From: Thermoanaerobaculia bacterium
Lineage (GTDB): Bacteria; Acidobacteriota; Thermoanaerobaculia; UBA5066; Gp7-AA6
NCBI GenBank assembly: GCA_035498835.1
Contig: DATJZU010000035.1
Span: 8,625 to 72,624, forward strand
DNA: 64,000 nt
Direction: 5' to 3'
A program made the translations under genes and the position numbers. Every line of letters starts with the position of its first letter. Position 1 is the first letter of the stretch. Positions 17,800 through 26,271 of this stretch are shown piece by piece. The notes below the pieces were generated by a model, which saw only the letters and a list, made by a program, of their open reading frames with translations, had not been told where the DNA came from and ran no database searches.

Positions 17800-18584
17800 G
17801 AGGACGGCGGTCGAGCGGCGGGGCTCGGCAGCGGCGGAGCGTCTCCGCCTCCCACGGACCACTCGTGGTACGCCTCGGCCACTTCAGCGGCGGGGCCCTG
17901 GCTCACGACGAGGCCCTCGTGGATCCAGACCGCGCGGTTGCAGATCTCCTGGATCAGGCGCGTCGAGTGGGAGACGAAGACGATCGTCTTGCCGCTCCGG
18001 CGGAACTCGTTCATCCGCGCCTGGCACTTCAGCTGGAAGCGCTCGTCGCCGACGGCGAGCGCCTCGTCGATGAGGAGGACGTCGGGGTCGACGTCGGTCG
18101 CGACGGAGAAGGCGAGACGCGCGGCCATGCCCGTCGAGAACGTTCGCAGCGGCGCGTCCACGAACTCCTCGAGCTCCGCGAACGCGACGATTCGGTCCAG
18201 GCGGCGCTTCATCTCCGCCCGCGAGAACCCGAGGAGCGCCCCCTGCAGCATGACGTTCTCGCGTCCCGTCAGCTCGCCGTGGAGGCCGAGACCGAGCTCG
18301 AGGATCGGCGCGACGCGGCCGGCGACGATGACCCGGCCTCCCGTGGGCGGGATGATGCGCCCGATCACGCGCAGCGCCGTGCTCTTGCCGGCGCCGTTGC
18401 GGCCCACGATGCCGAGCGTCTCTCCGGTTCCGACCTCGAACGACACGCCGCGGAGAGCTTCGAACTGATCGAAGAAGATCCGCCGCTTCAGCTTGCGGAT
18501 CGCGTATTCCTTGATCGAGCGGATGCGCTCGCGCGGGACGAGGTACCCGACGTGAACGCCTTCGAGGCGGACCGCGACGCTCAT
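17796..18584 (-). CDS. wzt: polysaccharide ABC exporter ATP-binding protein (Wzt/TagH/KpsT-like), short form without C-terminal carbohydrate-binding domain
   Basis: Walker A GRNGAGKST, signature FSTGMAARL, Walker B LLIDEALAVGD. Only 262 aa. Confidence 0.9.
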   Translation of the reverse strand: MSVAVRLEGVHVGYLVPRERIRSIKEYAIRKLKRRIFFDQFEALRGVSFEVGTGETLGIVGRNGAGKSTALRVIGRIIPPTGGRVIVAGRVAPILELGLGLHGELTGRENVMLQGALLGFSRAEMKRRLDRIVAFAELEEFVDAPLRTFSTGMAARLAFSVATDVDPDVLLIDEALAVGDERFQLKCQARMNEFRRSGKTIVFVSHSTRLIQEICNRAVWIHEGLVVSQGPAAEVAEAYHEWSVGGGDAPPLPSPAARPPSS

Positions 18585-18599
18585 CCGGCGTTCAACCCG

Positions 18600-19445
18600 T
18601 CAGCCCATCAGCGCGAAGGAATCCCGCCGGCGACAGAAGAAGAGCCAGCCGGCCAGGAAGCAGACCACGGCGACCGCGAGCGACGGGAGGAAGACGTCGA
18701 GCGGCGGCAGCTCGCCGTCGTAGATCGGTTTCCGGAAGGTCTGCACGAGGTAGTACATCGGGTTCAACCAGATCGGGACGCGGTACCGAACGGGCACGAT
18801 CGAGATGTGGTACACGACCGGAGTCAGGTAGAACCAGACCTGCACGAACACGGTGTACATCTCGCGCACGTCGGTGAAGCGCGAGGCGAGCGTGAAGAGG
18901 AAGAAGCCGATTCCCGACGCGAACAGCGCGCCCATCAGGATCGAGACGGGCAGGAAGATCCACGTGGCGTGGAACGGGAACTTCGTCACCGCGAGGATCC
19001 CGAGCAGCGGGACGAGCGACAGCACGAGATTCACGAGCGCGCCGCCGATGGCCGCCGCGACGAAGACCGACCGCGGCACGAACGTCCGCTTCGCGATGGC
19101 GTTGGCGTCCTGTGTTTGGAACGCCGCCGCCGACGTGCTCTGAGAGAAGAAGTTCCAGAACAGGAATCCCGTCATGAAGTAGACGGGATAGTTCGCGATG
19201 GACGTCTTCAGGAGCGCCGAGAAGACGAGCGTCAACGTCGCCATGTTGAGGAGCGGTCCGAGCATGGTCCACGTCAGTCCGAGGATCGATCGTTTGTAGC
19301 GGACCTTGATGTCGCGCACGACGAGCTCGTGCACGAGGCCGCGGTACGCCCAGAGGGCGCGCGCCTCCTCGAGGGCGGCCGGCCCTCCCCGCGCGGAGTC
19401 GTAGATGGGCAACGCGGCCCGGACCGGCGGGGCGGCGGCGCTCAC
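18600..19445 (-). CDS. wzm: ABC-2 type polysaccharide exporter permease (Wzm/TagG/KpsM-like)
   Basis: Six-TM ABC-2 permease with the N-terminal LVVRDIKVRYKRSILGLTWTML motif. Start taken as the GTG at 19445 (281 aa). The track ORF runs on to 20306 through low-complexity sequence, so the true start could differ by a few codons. Confidence 0.8.
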   Translation of the reverse strand: MSAAAPPVRAALPIYDSARGGPAALEEARALWAYRGLVHELVVRDIKVRYKRSILGLTWTMLGPLLNMATLTLVFSALLKTSIANYPVYFMTGFLFWNFFSQSTSAAAFQTQDANAIAKRTFVPRSVFVAAAIGGALVNLVLSLVPLLGILAVTKFPFHATWIFLPVSILMGALFASGIGFFLFTLASRFTDVREMYTVFVQVWFYLTPVVYHISIVPVRYRVPIWLNPMYYLVQTFRKPIYDGELPPLDVFLPSLAVAVVCFLAGWLFFCRRRDSFALMG

Positions 19446-19480
19446 GCCGCGCGCTCTCGAGAGCGATGCATGGGCGAAGT

Positions 19481-21529
19481 CTATCGTCGCGCGCCGGGGC
19501 CGAGCTCCGGCTCCGCGGGCGCCGATCCCCACTTGCGCGCGTACCGCTCGCGATTCTCGCGGTAGATCCGGAGGTATTCCTCGTCGGGCAGGCGGCGGAA
19601 GCTGCCGCGGCCCCAGTGATGGACGAAGCTGTCGCGGGCGACCGCGAGCCGGAAGCCCTTCTCCCGCGCGCGCCGGCACCAGTCGTCGTCCTCGAACATC
19701 CCGACCGCGAACCGCTCGTCGAGCGGCCCGACCTGCTCGAAGACGCGGCGCCGGGTGAGCACGCAGAAGAAGGCGAGCATCGGGATCGGCTCGGATCGCC
19801 CAGAGTTGCCGCGGGTGAATTCCCGCGCCCAGGGCTCCAGGTCCTCGGGATCGCGATAGCCGACCGGCACTTTCGCCTCGTTGGCGATCTCGTTCGTCGA
19901 GGGCCCGACGAGCCCGAGCGACGGGTCCCGATCGAGGTGGCGGACGAGCGCCGAGAGCCAGCCGCGCGTGACGACCGTGTCGTTGTTCAAGAAGCAGAGC
20001 AGGTCGCCCCGGGCCGCGGCCGCCCCGGCGTTCGCCGCGGGCGCGAAGCCGCGGTTGTCGGGGAACGCGAGGAGCCGGAAGCCGCCGCCGCGCCGCGACG
20101 CCTCGGCCTCGAGGAGCTCGCGCGTGCCGTCCGTCGATCCGTTGTCGACGAAGACGAGCTCGACGCGGGGCCAGTCCGTGCGGCGGTCGAGCGAGGCGAG
20201 GCAGAGCTCCGTCAGGGGCCGGCCGCCGTGGGTGACGACGACGACCGAGACGAGCGGGTAGAGGGCGCCGACGGCGCCGTCGAGCGCCTCGGCGCGATGG
20301 TCCCACGTGTTGCGGGCGGCGAAGGCCCGGCGTCGGGCGGCGTTTTCCGGCGCGCGCGCCGCCTCGTCGGCGATGGCCGCGGCGAACTCCTGCATGGTCG
20401 CGGCCAGGCGGACGACTCCCGCGTCGGCGTGCGGCCGGAGCGCCTCGAGCGGCGTCGCGACGACCGGGCGGCCGGCGGCGGCCGCCTCGTAGAGCTTCAC
20501 GGGATCGACGGCGTGCGTGAGCGGCGACGGCCGGAACGGGATGATCTCCACGTCGAATCGGGACCGGAGCGCCGGGAGCTCCGCGTACGGGCGCTCGCCG
20601 TGAAAGGCGACGTTCGGCAGGCCCTTGGCGAGGTCCTCCCGCCCGCCCTCGCGCCCGCCGACGATCTCGAAGCGCCAGTCGGGCCGCGTCCGCGCGAGCC
20701 CCTCGAAGAGCTCCGCGTCGAACCAGTCGTCCACCGCGCCGACGTAGCCGACGGTGAGGGGCCTGCCGCGTCTCGCGGGCTCCGACGCCGGCGCTCCGAC
20801 CAGCGCGGCGTCCGCGGCGTTGGGAAGGAGGAGCGTGTTCGGGTTCTCCCGCGCGAGGCGCGCGCGCAGGACCTCGGAGGTCGCCGTGACGAGGTCGGCG
20901 CGCCGGACGAGCTCCGGCTCGGCCTGTCCGAGCAATCCGGGACGGTTCGCGCCGAAGGCCTCGTGCTCGTCGAGGCAGTCGTACACGACCTTCCAGCCGA
21001 AGCGGTCGGCCAGAAGCATCGCGAGCGGCGTCCAGAAGGGCGTCTGCACGACGATCGCGGTCTCGAAGAGACCGTAGGCGTCACGCGCCGCCGAAATCGA
21101 GGCGAACGCCTCTTCGAGCGGCCGCCCTTCGAGCCGCCGGTCGGCCGGATCCTCGCGGCGGACTCCGTCGATCGGGAGGAGCAGGACGCCGGGAGCCGCG
21201 CCCGTCGGCGTCTCGGGCTCGCCGCGTCCCCGGAGCGCCCCGTAGAAGACGCGTCGCCCGCGGCGCGCGAGCGCCTCGGCGAGTTGCTGCGGCCGCTGGC
21301 GGCGATAGGACCATGCGATGACCGGCAGGAAGAGGACGTCGGGGCGGCCGGGCAGCGCTTCGTTCGGATCGAAGGCGAAACGCGGGATGTCGACATCGGG
21401 CTTGTGGATGCCGAGGAGATGCTCGGGGGCGACTCGCCGGCGAAGCGCCCGGCGCCAGGACAGCGGCAGGAGGCGGCGGCCGAAGGCGTAGAGACGCCCG
21501 CGGAAACCCTTCTCCCACTCCGGTCTCAC
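19481..21529 (-). CDS. bifunctional glycosyltransferase: N-terminal GT4-like domain + C-terminal GT2 domain (682 aa)
   Basis: GTG start overlapping the wecB stop (GTGA). The N-domain [25 protein letters not shown] parallels IIDWDFRFQRPQQL of the giant protein. The C-domain has VVVVTHGG...[11 protein letters not shown]...[14 protein letters not shown]...FEDDDW (GT2). Confidence 0.85.
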   Translation of the reverse strand: MRPEWEKGFRGRLYAFGRRLLPLSWRRALRRRVAPEHLLGIHKPDVDIPRFAFDPNEALPGRPDVLFLPVIAWSYRRQRPQQLAEALARRGRRVFYGALRGRGEPETPTGAAPGVLLLPIDGVRREDPADRRLEGRPLEEAFASISAARDAYGLFETAIVVQTPFWTPLAMLLADRFGWKVVYDCLDEHEAFGANRPGLLGQAEPELVRRADLVTATSEVLRARLARENPNTLLLPNAADAALVGAPASEPARRGRPLTVGYVGAVDDWFDAELFEGLARTRPDWRFEIVGGREGGREDLAKGLPNVAFHGERPYAELPALRSRFDVEIIPFRPSPLTHAVDPVKLYEAAAAGRPVVATPLEALRPHADAGVVRLAATMQEFAAAIADEAARAPENAARRRAFAARNTWDHRAEALDGAVGALYPLVSVVVVTHGGRPLTELCLASLDRRTDWPRVELVFVDNGSTDGTRELLEAEASRRGGGFRLLAFPDNRGFAPAANAGAAAARGDLLCFLNNDTVVTRGWLSALVRHLDRDPSLGLVGPSTNEIANEAKVPVGYRDPEDLEPWAREFTRGNSGRSEPIPMLAFFCVLTRRRVFEQVGPLDERFAVGMFEDDDWCRRAREKGFRLAVARDSFVHHWGRGSFRRLPDEEYLRIYRENRERYARKWGSAPAEPELGPGARR

Positions 21530-22686
21530 GGCGCGCGGCGGGCCGCTCCGGACGCCGCGGCCGGGACCGGCGCGAAGCTCTTGTACGGGCGGCCGGCGAG
21601 GACGTCAGCGATCCGGTCGCTGGCGCGTCCGTCGCCGTACGGGTTGCCGCCCTCCGCCATGCGGCGGCGCGCGGCGGGATCCGAGAGCAGCCGCGACGCC
21701 TCGGCGACGATCCGATCTTCGTCGGTGCCCACGAGCCGCGCGAGCCCCGCCTCGACGCCTTCGGGCCGCTCCGTCTTCTCCCGCAGGACGAGCACGGGCT
21801 TTCCGAAGGTCGGCGCCTCCTCCTGGATGCCGCCGGAGTCCGTCAGCGCGAAGCGGCAGCGGCGCAGCAGACGGACGAGCCCGCGGTAGTCGAGCGGCTC
21901 GAGCAGCTCGACGTTGGGCAGGCCTTCGTTCGCGCGCACGGCGGCGAGCACGCTGGGGTTGGGGTGGACGACGTGCAGGAAACGCGTCTGCGGGAACGCC
22001 CGCGCCAGGCGCGCGATCGCGCGTACGATCCGGGCGAGGGGCTCGCCGAAGCTTTCGCGGCGGTGCGCGGTGATGAGGACGGTATCGGTCTCCGGCTCCG
22101 CGCCCTCGCGCGCGGCGATCTCGAGAAGCGCGTCCACGACCGTGTTCCCCGTCCGATGGATCCGATCGGCCGGCACGCCCTCGGCCTCGAGGGCCGCGGC
22201 GGCGCGCCGCGTGGGCGCGAAATAGACGTCGGCAACGAGGTCGACGACGCGGCGATTCATCTCCTCCGGGAAGGGGTGCTGGAAATCCCCGGTGCGCAAC
22301 CCGGCCTCGACGTGCCCGACGCGCACGCGCCGGTGGAACGCGGCGATCGCGGCGCACATGGCGGTCGTCGTATCGCCCTGTACGATCAGCCAGTCGGGGG
22401 AGCGCTCCGCGAGGAGCGGATCGAGCGCCGCGAAGACCCGGGAGGCCACCTCGTTGGGCGACTGGCCCGGCCGCATCAGGTCGAGATCGACGTCGGGCGC
22501 GAGGTCGAACACCTCCAGGACCTGATCGAGCATCTCCCGGTGCTGTGCCGTCGCGCAGAGTGTCGCTTCGAAGCGGTCCGGCTCGCGGCGCAGCCGCCGG
22601 ACGAGCGGCGCGAGCTTGATGGCTTCGGGCCGCGTGCCGGCCACGAGAAGGACGCGCGCCGGGGCGGACGAGGCGGCCGGAGTCAC
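21526..22686 (-). CDS. wecB: UDP-N-acetylglucosamine 2-epimerase (non-hydrolysing)
   Basis: [40 protein letters not shown] are diagnostic WecB/MnaA motifs. GTG start. Confidence 0.9.
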   Translation of the reverse strand: MTPAASSAPARVLLVAGTRPEAIKLAPLVRRLRREPDRFEATLCATAQHREMLDQVLEVFDLAPDVDLDLMRPGQSPNEVASRVFAALDPLLAERSPDWLIVQGDTTTAMCAAIAAFHRRVRVGHVEAGLRTGDFQHPFPEEMNRRVVDLVADVYFAPTRRAAAALEAEGVPADRIHRTGNTVVDALLEIAAREGAEPETDTVLITAHRRESFGEPLARIVRAIARLARAFPQTRFLHVVHPNPSVLAAVRANEGLPNVELLEPLDYRGLVRLLRRCRFALTDSGGIQEEAPTFGKPVLVLREKTERPEGVEAGLARLVGTDEDRIVAEASRLLSDPAARRRMAEGGNPYGDGRASDRIADVLAGRPYKSFAPVPAAASGAARRAP

Positions 22687-22730
22687 GCCGGCAGTCTAAG
22701 CCAACGGACGATCCGGGCGCCGCGGAAGCG

Positions 22731-23240
22731 CTACCGCGGGCGCGCGAACGCGAGCCACAGCAGCGCCGCGAGCGCGAGCCCGGCGGCGAGGGCGACACGG
22801 GCCGCCGCCGAGAGTGCCGGAATCGCGGCTCCGGTTCCCGGCGTCGGCGTGACGGACGGCGGAAGAGGCGTCGGGGTCGGGGTCGCCGTTGCGGTCGGCG
22901 TCGCGGCCGCGGCGACCTGGACGACGCCGTTCATCGCCGTGCCGCCGGCAAAGCTGTGCACCTGGCAGTGGAAGGCGTAGTTGCCCGGCGTGTTGAAGGT
23001 GTGCGCGAACGATCCGTTCGTCTGGACTCCGGAGTCCCACACCTCCGGTCCGGTCGTCGCGTCGCTCGTCGTCGAATGCGGAAGCGACGCCGCGGCCCAG
23101 GTCCACGTCACCGTTTCGCCGGTCGAGATCGAGACCGTCGAGGGCGAGAAGGAGATTCCGGGGCCCACCGTGATCGTCTGGTCCGCCGCGGCCGCCGCCG
23201 CACAGAGAATGCCCGCAAGGGCGAGGATTCGCGCGCGCAT
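22731..23240 (-). CDS. secreted cupredoxin (plastocyanin/pseudoazurin-like blue copper protein) with Pro/Thr-rich linker and C-terminal hydrophobic anchor
   Basis: GGAGGA Shine-Dalgarno 6 nt before the ATG. Signal peptide. Type-1 copper ligand pattern H...GNYAFHCQVHSFAGGTAM. C-terminus ATPTATATPTPTPLPPSVTPTPG...ALAAGLALAALLWLAFARPR. Confidence 0.8.
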   Translation of the reverse strand: MRARILALAGILCAAAAAADQTITVGPGISFSPSTVSISTGETVTWTWAAASLPHSTTSDATTGPEVWDSGVQTNGSFAHTFNTPGNYAFHCQVHSFAGGTAMNGVVQVAAAATPTATATPTPTPLPPSVTPTPGTGAAIPALSAAARVALAAGLALAALLWLAFARPR

Positions 23241-23327
23241 CTGCCGTCCTCCGGTCTCTGGAGCAACACTACCCGCGGCGGAGGAGCCGCGGGGGGGCTT
23301 TTATCCAGCTGTTAAAGTCTCTTCGGA

Positions 23328-24188
23328 ATGCTCGCCGCGGCGATTCTGGCGGCCGCGCTCTCCGGAGAGGCCCCGCAGCTGACGGTCCGTCCCGCGCCGG
23401 AGCGCCCGAAACCCGGCGGCGTCGTGGTGCTCGAGATCGGGAGCGACCGGCCCCTCCGAATGCTCGAGGCCGCGGAAAGCCCGAAGGGTTTCTGGCTCGA
23501 GCCGGGGCCCGGAGCTTCCCGCTATCGGGGACTCCTCGGCATCGACCTCGATCGGGAGGCCGGTCCGTACCGGCTGGCCCTCCGCGGACTCGACGCCGCG
23601 GGGCATCCCTTCACGTTCGCGTATTCGATCCGGGTCGCCGCCGGGCATTTCGCCGTCGAGCCGCTGCGGGTGGACCCGGGCTTCGTCGAGCCGCCGGCGA
23701 GCGTGGCGGAGCGCATCGAGGCCGAGCGCGCGCGCGTGGCCCGCGTGTGGGAGACCGGCGACCGGGAACGGCGATGGACGGGTCCGTTCGGCCTGCCGCT
23801 CGAGAAGACCGCCGCGCGCGACAACTTCGGGGCGCGCCGGATCCTGAACGGCCAGAAGCGCGCGCCGCACAACGGCGTCGACTTTTCGGCGCCCGTCGGA
23901 ACGCCGGTGGAGGCGCCGGCGCCCGGGCGGGTCGCGCTTGCCGAGGACCTCTACTTCTCGGGCGGCACCGTCATCCTGGACCACGGCGGCGGGCTCTTCA
24001 CGAGCTACTTCCATCTCTCGAAGATCGACGTCGCGGCGGGAGATGTCGTCGAGCCGGGCCGGCGCCTCGGCGCGGTCGGGGCGACCGGTCGCGTGACGGG
24101 CCCGCATCTGCACTGGAGCGCCCGGCTCGCCGGCGCACGAATCAATCCGCTGAGCCTCCGGGGGCTGCCGGAGTGGCCGATCCCGTAG
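23328..24188 (+). CDS. M23 family metallopeptidase (LytM-like)
   Basis: HNGVDFSAPVGTPV...GGTVILDHGGGLFTSYFHLS...TGRVTGPHLHW. Confidence 0.85.
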   Translation: MLAAAILAAALSGEAPQLTVRPAPERPKPGGVVVLEIGSDRPLRMLEAAESPKGFWLEPGPGASRYRGLLGIDLDREAGPYRLALRGLDAAGHPFTFAYSIRVAAGHFAVEPLRVDPGFVEPPASVAERIEAERARVARVWETGDRERRWTGPFGLPLEKTAARDNFGARRILNGQKRAPHNGVDFSAPVGTPVEAPAPGRVALAEDLYFSGGTVILDHGGGLFTSYFHLSKIDVAAGDVVEPGRRLGAVGATGRVTGPHLHWSARLAGARINPLSLRGLPEWPIP

Positions 24189-24237
24189 GGGCGGCCGGCC
24201 TTCCCCGCCTCAGTCGCATCCAACCCCAAACATACAA

Positions 24238-24260
24238 GGGGCGGGGCTTGACCCCGCCCC
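24238..24260. terminator. GC-rich hairpin between convergent genes (GGGGCGGGGC-ttga-CCCCGCCCC), no U-tract
   Basis: Read directly from the sequence. Sits between the M23 stop (24188) and the metB-family stop (24263). Confidence 0.4.
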
Positions 24261-24262
24261 GA

Positions 24263-25393
24263 TCAGCCGGCGAGCGCCTGCTCGAGGTCTGCGACGAGAT
24301 CGTCCGGGTGCTCGAGGCCGATCGACAGGCGGATGAGCTCGGGCGGCGTCCGCGACGCGGGGCCTTCGCTCGTGGCGCGGTGCTCGATCAGGCTCTCGAA
24401 GCCGCCGAGCGACGTGGCTCGCGTGAAGAGCTTCGCGCGCGTGACGGCGCGGATCGCCGCCTCGCGGCCGGCGCGCACGCGGAAGGACAGCATGCCGCCG
24501 AAGGCGGACATCTGTCGCCGCGCGGCCTCGTGGCCGGGATGCGATTCGAGACCGGGATAGTGCACCGCGGAGACTCCGGGATGGCGCGCGAGCGCATTGG
24601 CCACCGCGACGCCGTTCGCGCTGTGCCGCTCCATACGGAGCGCGAGCGTGCGCAGTCCCCGAAGCGCGAGCCAGGAGGCGAAGGGCGAGGCGACGCCGCC
24701 GAGGATGTGGCGCGCGTGCTCGACCCTCTCGAAGAGCGCGTCGCGCCGCGCGAAGACGAGCGCGCCGCCCTGGACGTCGCTGTGGCCGCCGATGTACTTC
24801 GTCGTCGAGTGGAGGACGACGTCGGCGCCGAGCGCAAGCGGACGCTGGAGCGCCGGCGTCGCGAACGTGTTGTCCACGAGGACGAGCGCGCCGGCCTCGC
24901 GCGCGATGGCGATGGCGGCCGCGAGATCGGTGATCTTCATCAGCGGGTTCGAAGGCGTCTCGAGCCAGACGAGGCGCGTCTGCGGCCGGATCGCCGCGCG
25001 CAGCGCCGCCGGATCGTCCATCGCCGCGAGGTCCGTGCGGACGTTCCAGTGCCGCAGGAAATCGAACGCCGCGACGCGAAAGCCGTAGTAGACGTCGTCG
25101 GGGAGGAGGACGTGATCTCCCGACACGAGCGTCTGGAGGACGGCCGTCCCCGCCGCCATGCCCGAGGAAAACGCGAGCGCCGCCTCGCCGCCCTCGAGCG
25201 GCGCGAGCGCCTCCTCGAAGAGCGTCTGCGTCGGATTCCCCTCGCGGATGTACTGCGTCGGGCCGAGAAGCTCGTTCTTCTCGTCGCGCGCAAAGGTCGT
25301 CGAGAAGTGCAGCGGGGGAGCGATCGCGCCGGTTGCCGGATCCACGCGGTGTCCGGCGCGGACGAAGAGGGTCTCGCGCTTCATCGGCGGCAA
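24263..25393 (-). CDS. PLP-dependent Cys/Met-metabolism enzyme (cystathionine gamma-synthase / beta-lyase / O-succinylhomoserine sulfhydrylase family)
   Basis: MKRETLFVRAGH..., PLP-lysine motif STTKYIGGHSD, ~375 aa. Confidence 0.85.
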   Translation of the reverse strand: MPPMKRETLFVRAGHRVDPATGAIAPPLHFSTTFARDEKNELLGPTQYIREGNPTQTLFEEALAPLEGGEAALAFSSGMAAGTAVLQTLVSGDHVLLPDDVYYGFRVAAFDFLRHWNVRTDLAAMDDPAALRAAIRPQTRLVWLETPSNPLMKITDLAAAIAIAREAGALVLVDNTFATPALQRPLALGADVVLHSTTKYIGGHSDVQGGALVFARRDALFERVEHARHILGGVASPFASWLALRGLRTLALRMERHSANGVAVANALARHPGVSAVHYPGLESHPGHEAARRQMSAFGGMLSFRVRAGREAAIRAVTRAKLFTRATSLGGFESLIEHRATSEGPASRTPPELIRLSIGLEHPDDLVADLEQALAG

Positions 25394-25443
25394 GCCTATG
25401 GCGAGGAAGGGCTTGCGTCGAGCGCCGCATCGGGCCCTCGAAT

Positions 25444-25474
25444 TTGACTGACTGATCGGTCAATTAATGACTCA
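25444..25474. promoter_or_regulatory. AT-rich island with inverted repeat TTGAC-N10-GTCAA and TGACTGA direct repeats in a divergent promoter
   Basis: aatTTGACTGACTGATCGGTCAAttaATGACTCAtttcc. Only AT-rich stretch in this region, between the metB-family start (25393) and the molybdoenzyme operon start (25510). Confidence 0.4.
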
Positions 25475-25509
25475 TTTCCTCATCAAAACAAAGGGATTAC
25501 ACTGCTGCG

Positions 25510-26094
25510 ATGGTGAGACGTTCGAAGAAATCCGAAGCGGTCGCCGGCAAGCGGGTGATCCGCCTCGTCGTCAACGGGCAGCCGGTCGAGGCCGCCTTCG
25601 AGCCGCACAAGACGCTCCTCGAGGTGCTTCGCGAGGATCTGGCGCTGACCGGCACGAAGCACGGCTGCGAGCTCGGCGAGTGCGGAACGTGCGCGGTGCT
25701 CGTGGACGGCCGGCCGGTGCTCTCCTGCCTCGCGCTCGGCCTCGAATGCGAGGGACGCGCCGTCGAAACCGTCGAGGGGATGGCGGGCGCGTCGGGGCTC
25801 CATCCGCTCCAGAAGGCGTTCGCCGAGCTCGGCGCGGCGCAGTGCGGCTACTGCACGCCGGGGTTTCTGCTGACCGCCAGGGCCCTCCTCGAGGAGCGCC
25901 CCCGGGCGTCGCGCGACGAGATCCGCGAGGCCCTCGCCGGCAACCTCTGCCGCTGCACCGGCTACGTGAAGATCTTCGAGGCCGTCGAGCTCGCCGCGGC
26001 GTGGATGCGGGGTGAGGACGCGGCGCCGCGCAAGGAAGCGATTTACGGGTTTGATTTCGACGAGAGCGGGCTGCTTCCGGTCGTCAAGAGCTAA
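25510..26094 (+). CDS. molybdenum hydroxylase family [2Fe-2S] small subunit (CoxS/HcrC-like)
   Basis: Plant-type ferredoxin cysteines GCELGECGTCAV and the second cluster motif CGYCTPG...CRCTGY. Confidence 0.9.
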   Translation: MVRRSKKSEAVAGKRVIRLVVNGQPVEAAFEPHKTLLEVLREDLALTGTKHGCELGECGTCAVLVDGRPVLSCLALGLECEGRAVETVEGMAGASGLHPLQKAFAELGAAQCGYCTPGFLLTARALLEERPRASRDEIREALAGNLCRCTGYVKIFEAVELAAAWMRGEDAAPRKEAIYGFDFDESGLLPVVKS

Positions 26095-26271
26095 CGCGAT
26101 GAACGAAGCCCCGGGTTTGAAATCGTTCGTGCGCCGGTCGCGAAGCGACCGCGGGCTGTTGCCCACCCATCAATCCGCAGCCGTAGGGGCGGCCCTCGCG
26201 GCCGCCCGGGATGACAAGAAGCTTCCCGAAGTGAGCGGGGACGCGCCCCGCCCCGACGACCGGGGATCACG

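Noticed and set aside
19466-21889. 807-aa plus-strand ORF
   Set aside because: Antisense to the GT4-GT2 gene and wecB.
23196-23240. PEP-CTERM-type sorting signal on the cupredoxin
   Set aside because: Hydrophobic tail and basic end are present, but there is no PEP (or VPEP/IPEP) motif immediately before the helix. Treated as a generic C-terminal anchor.
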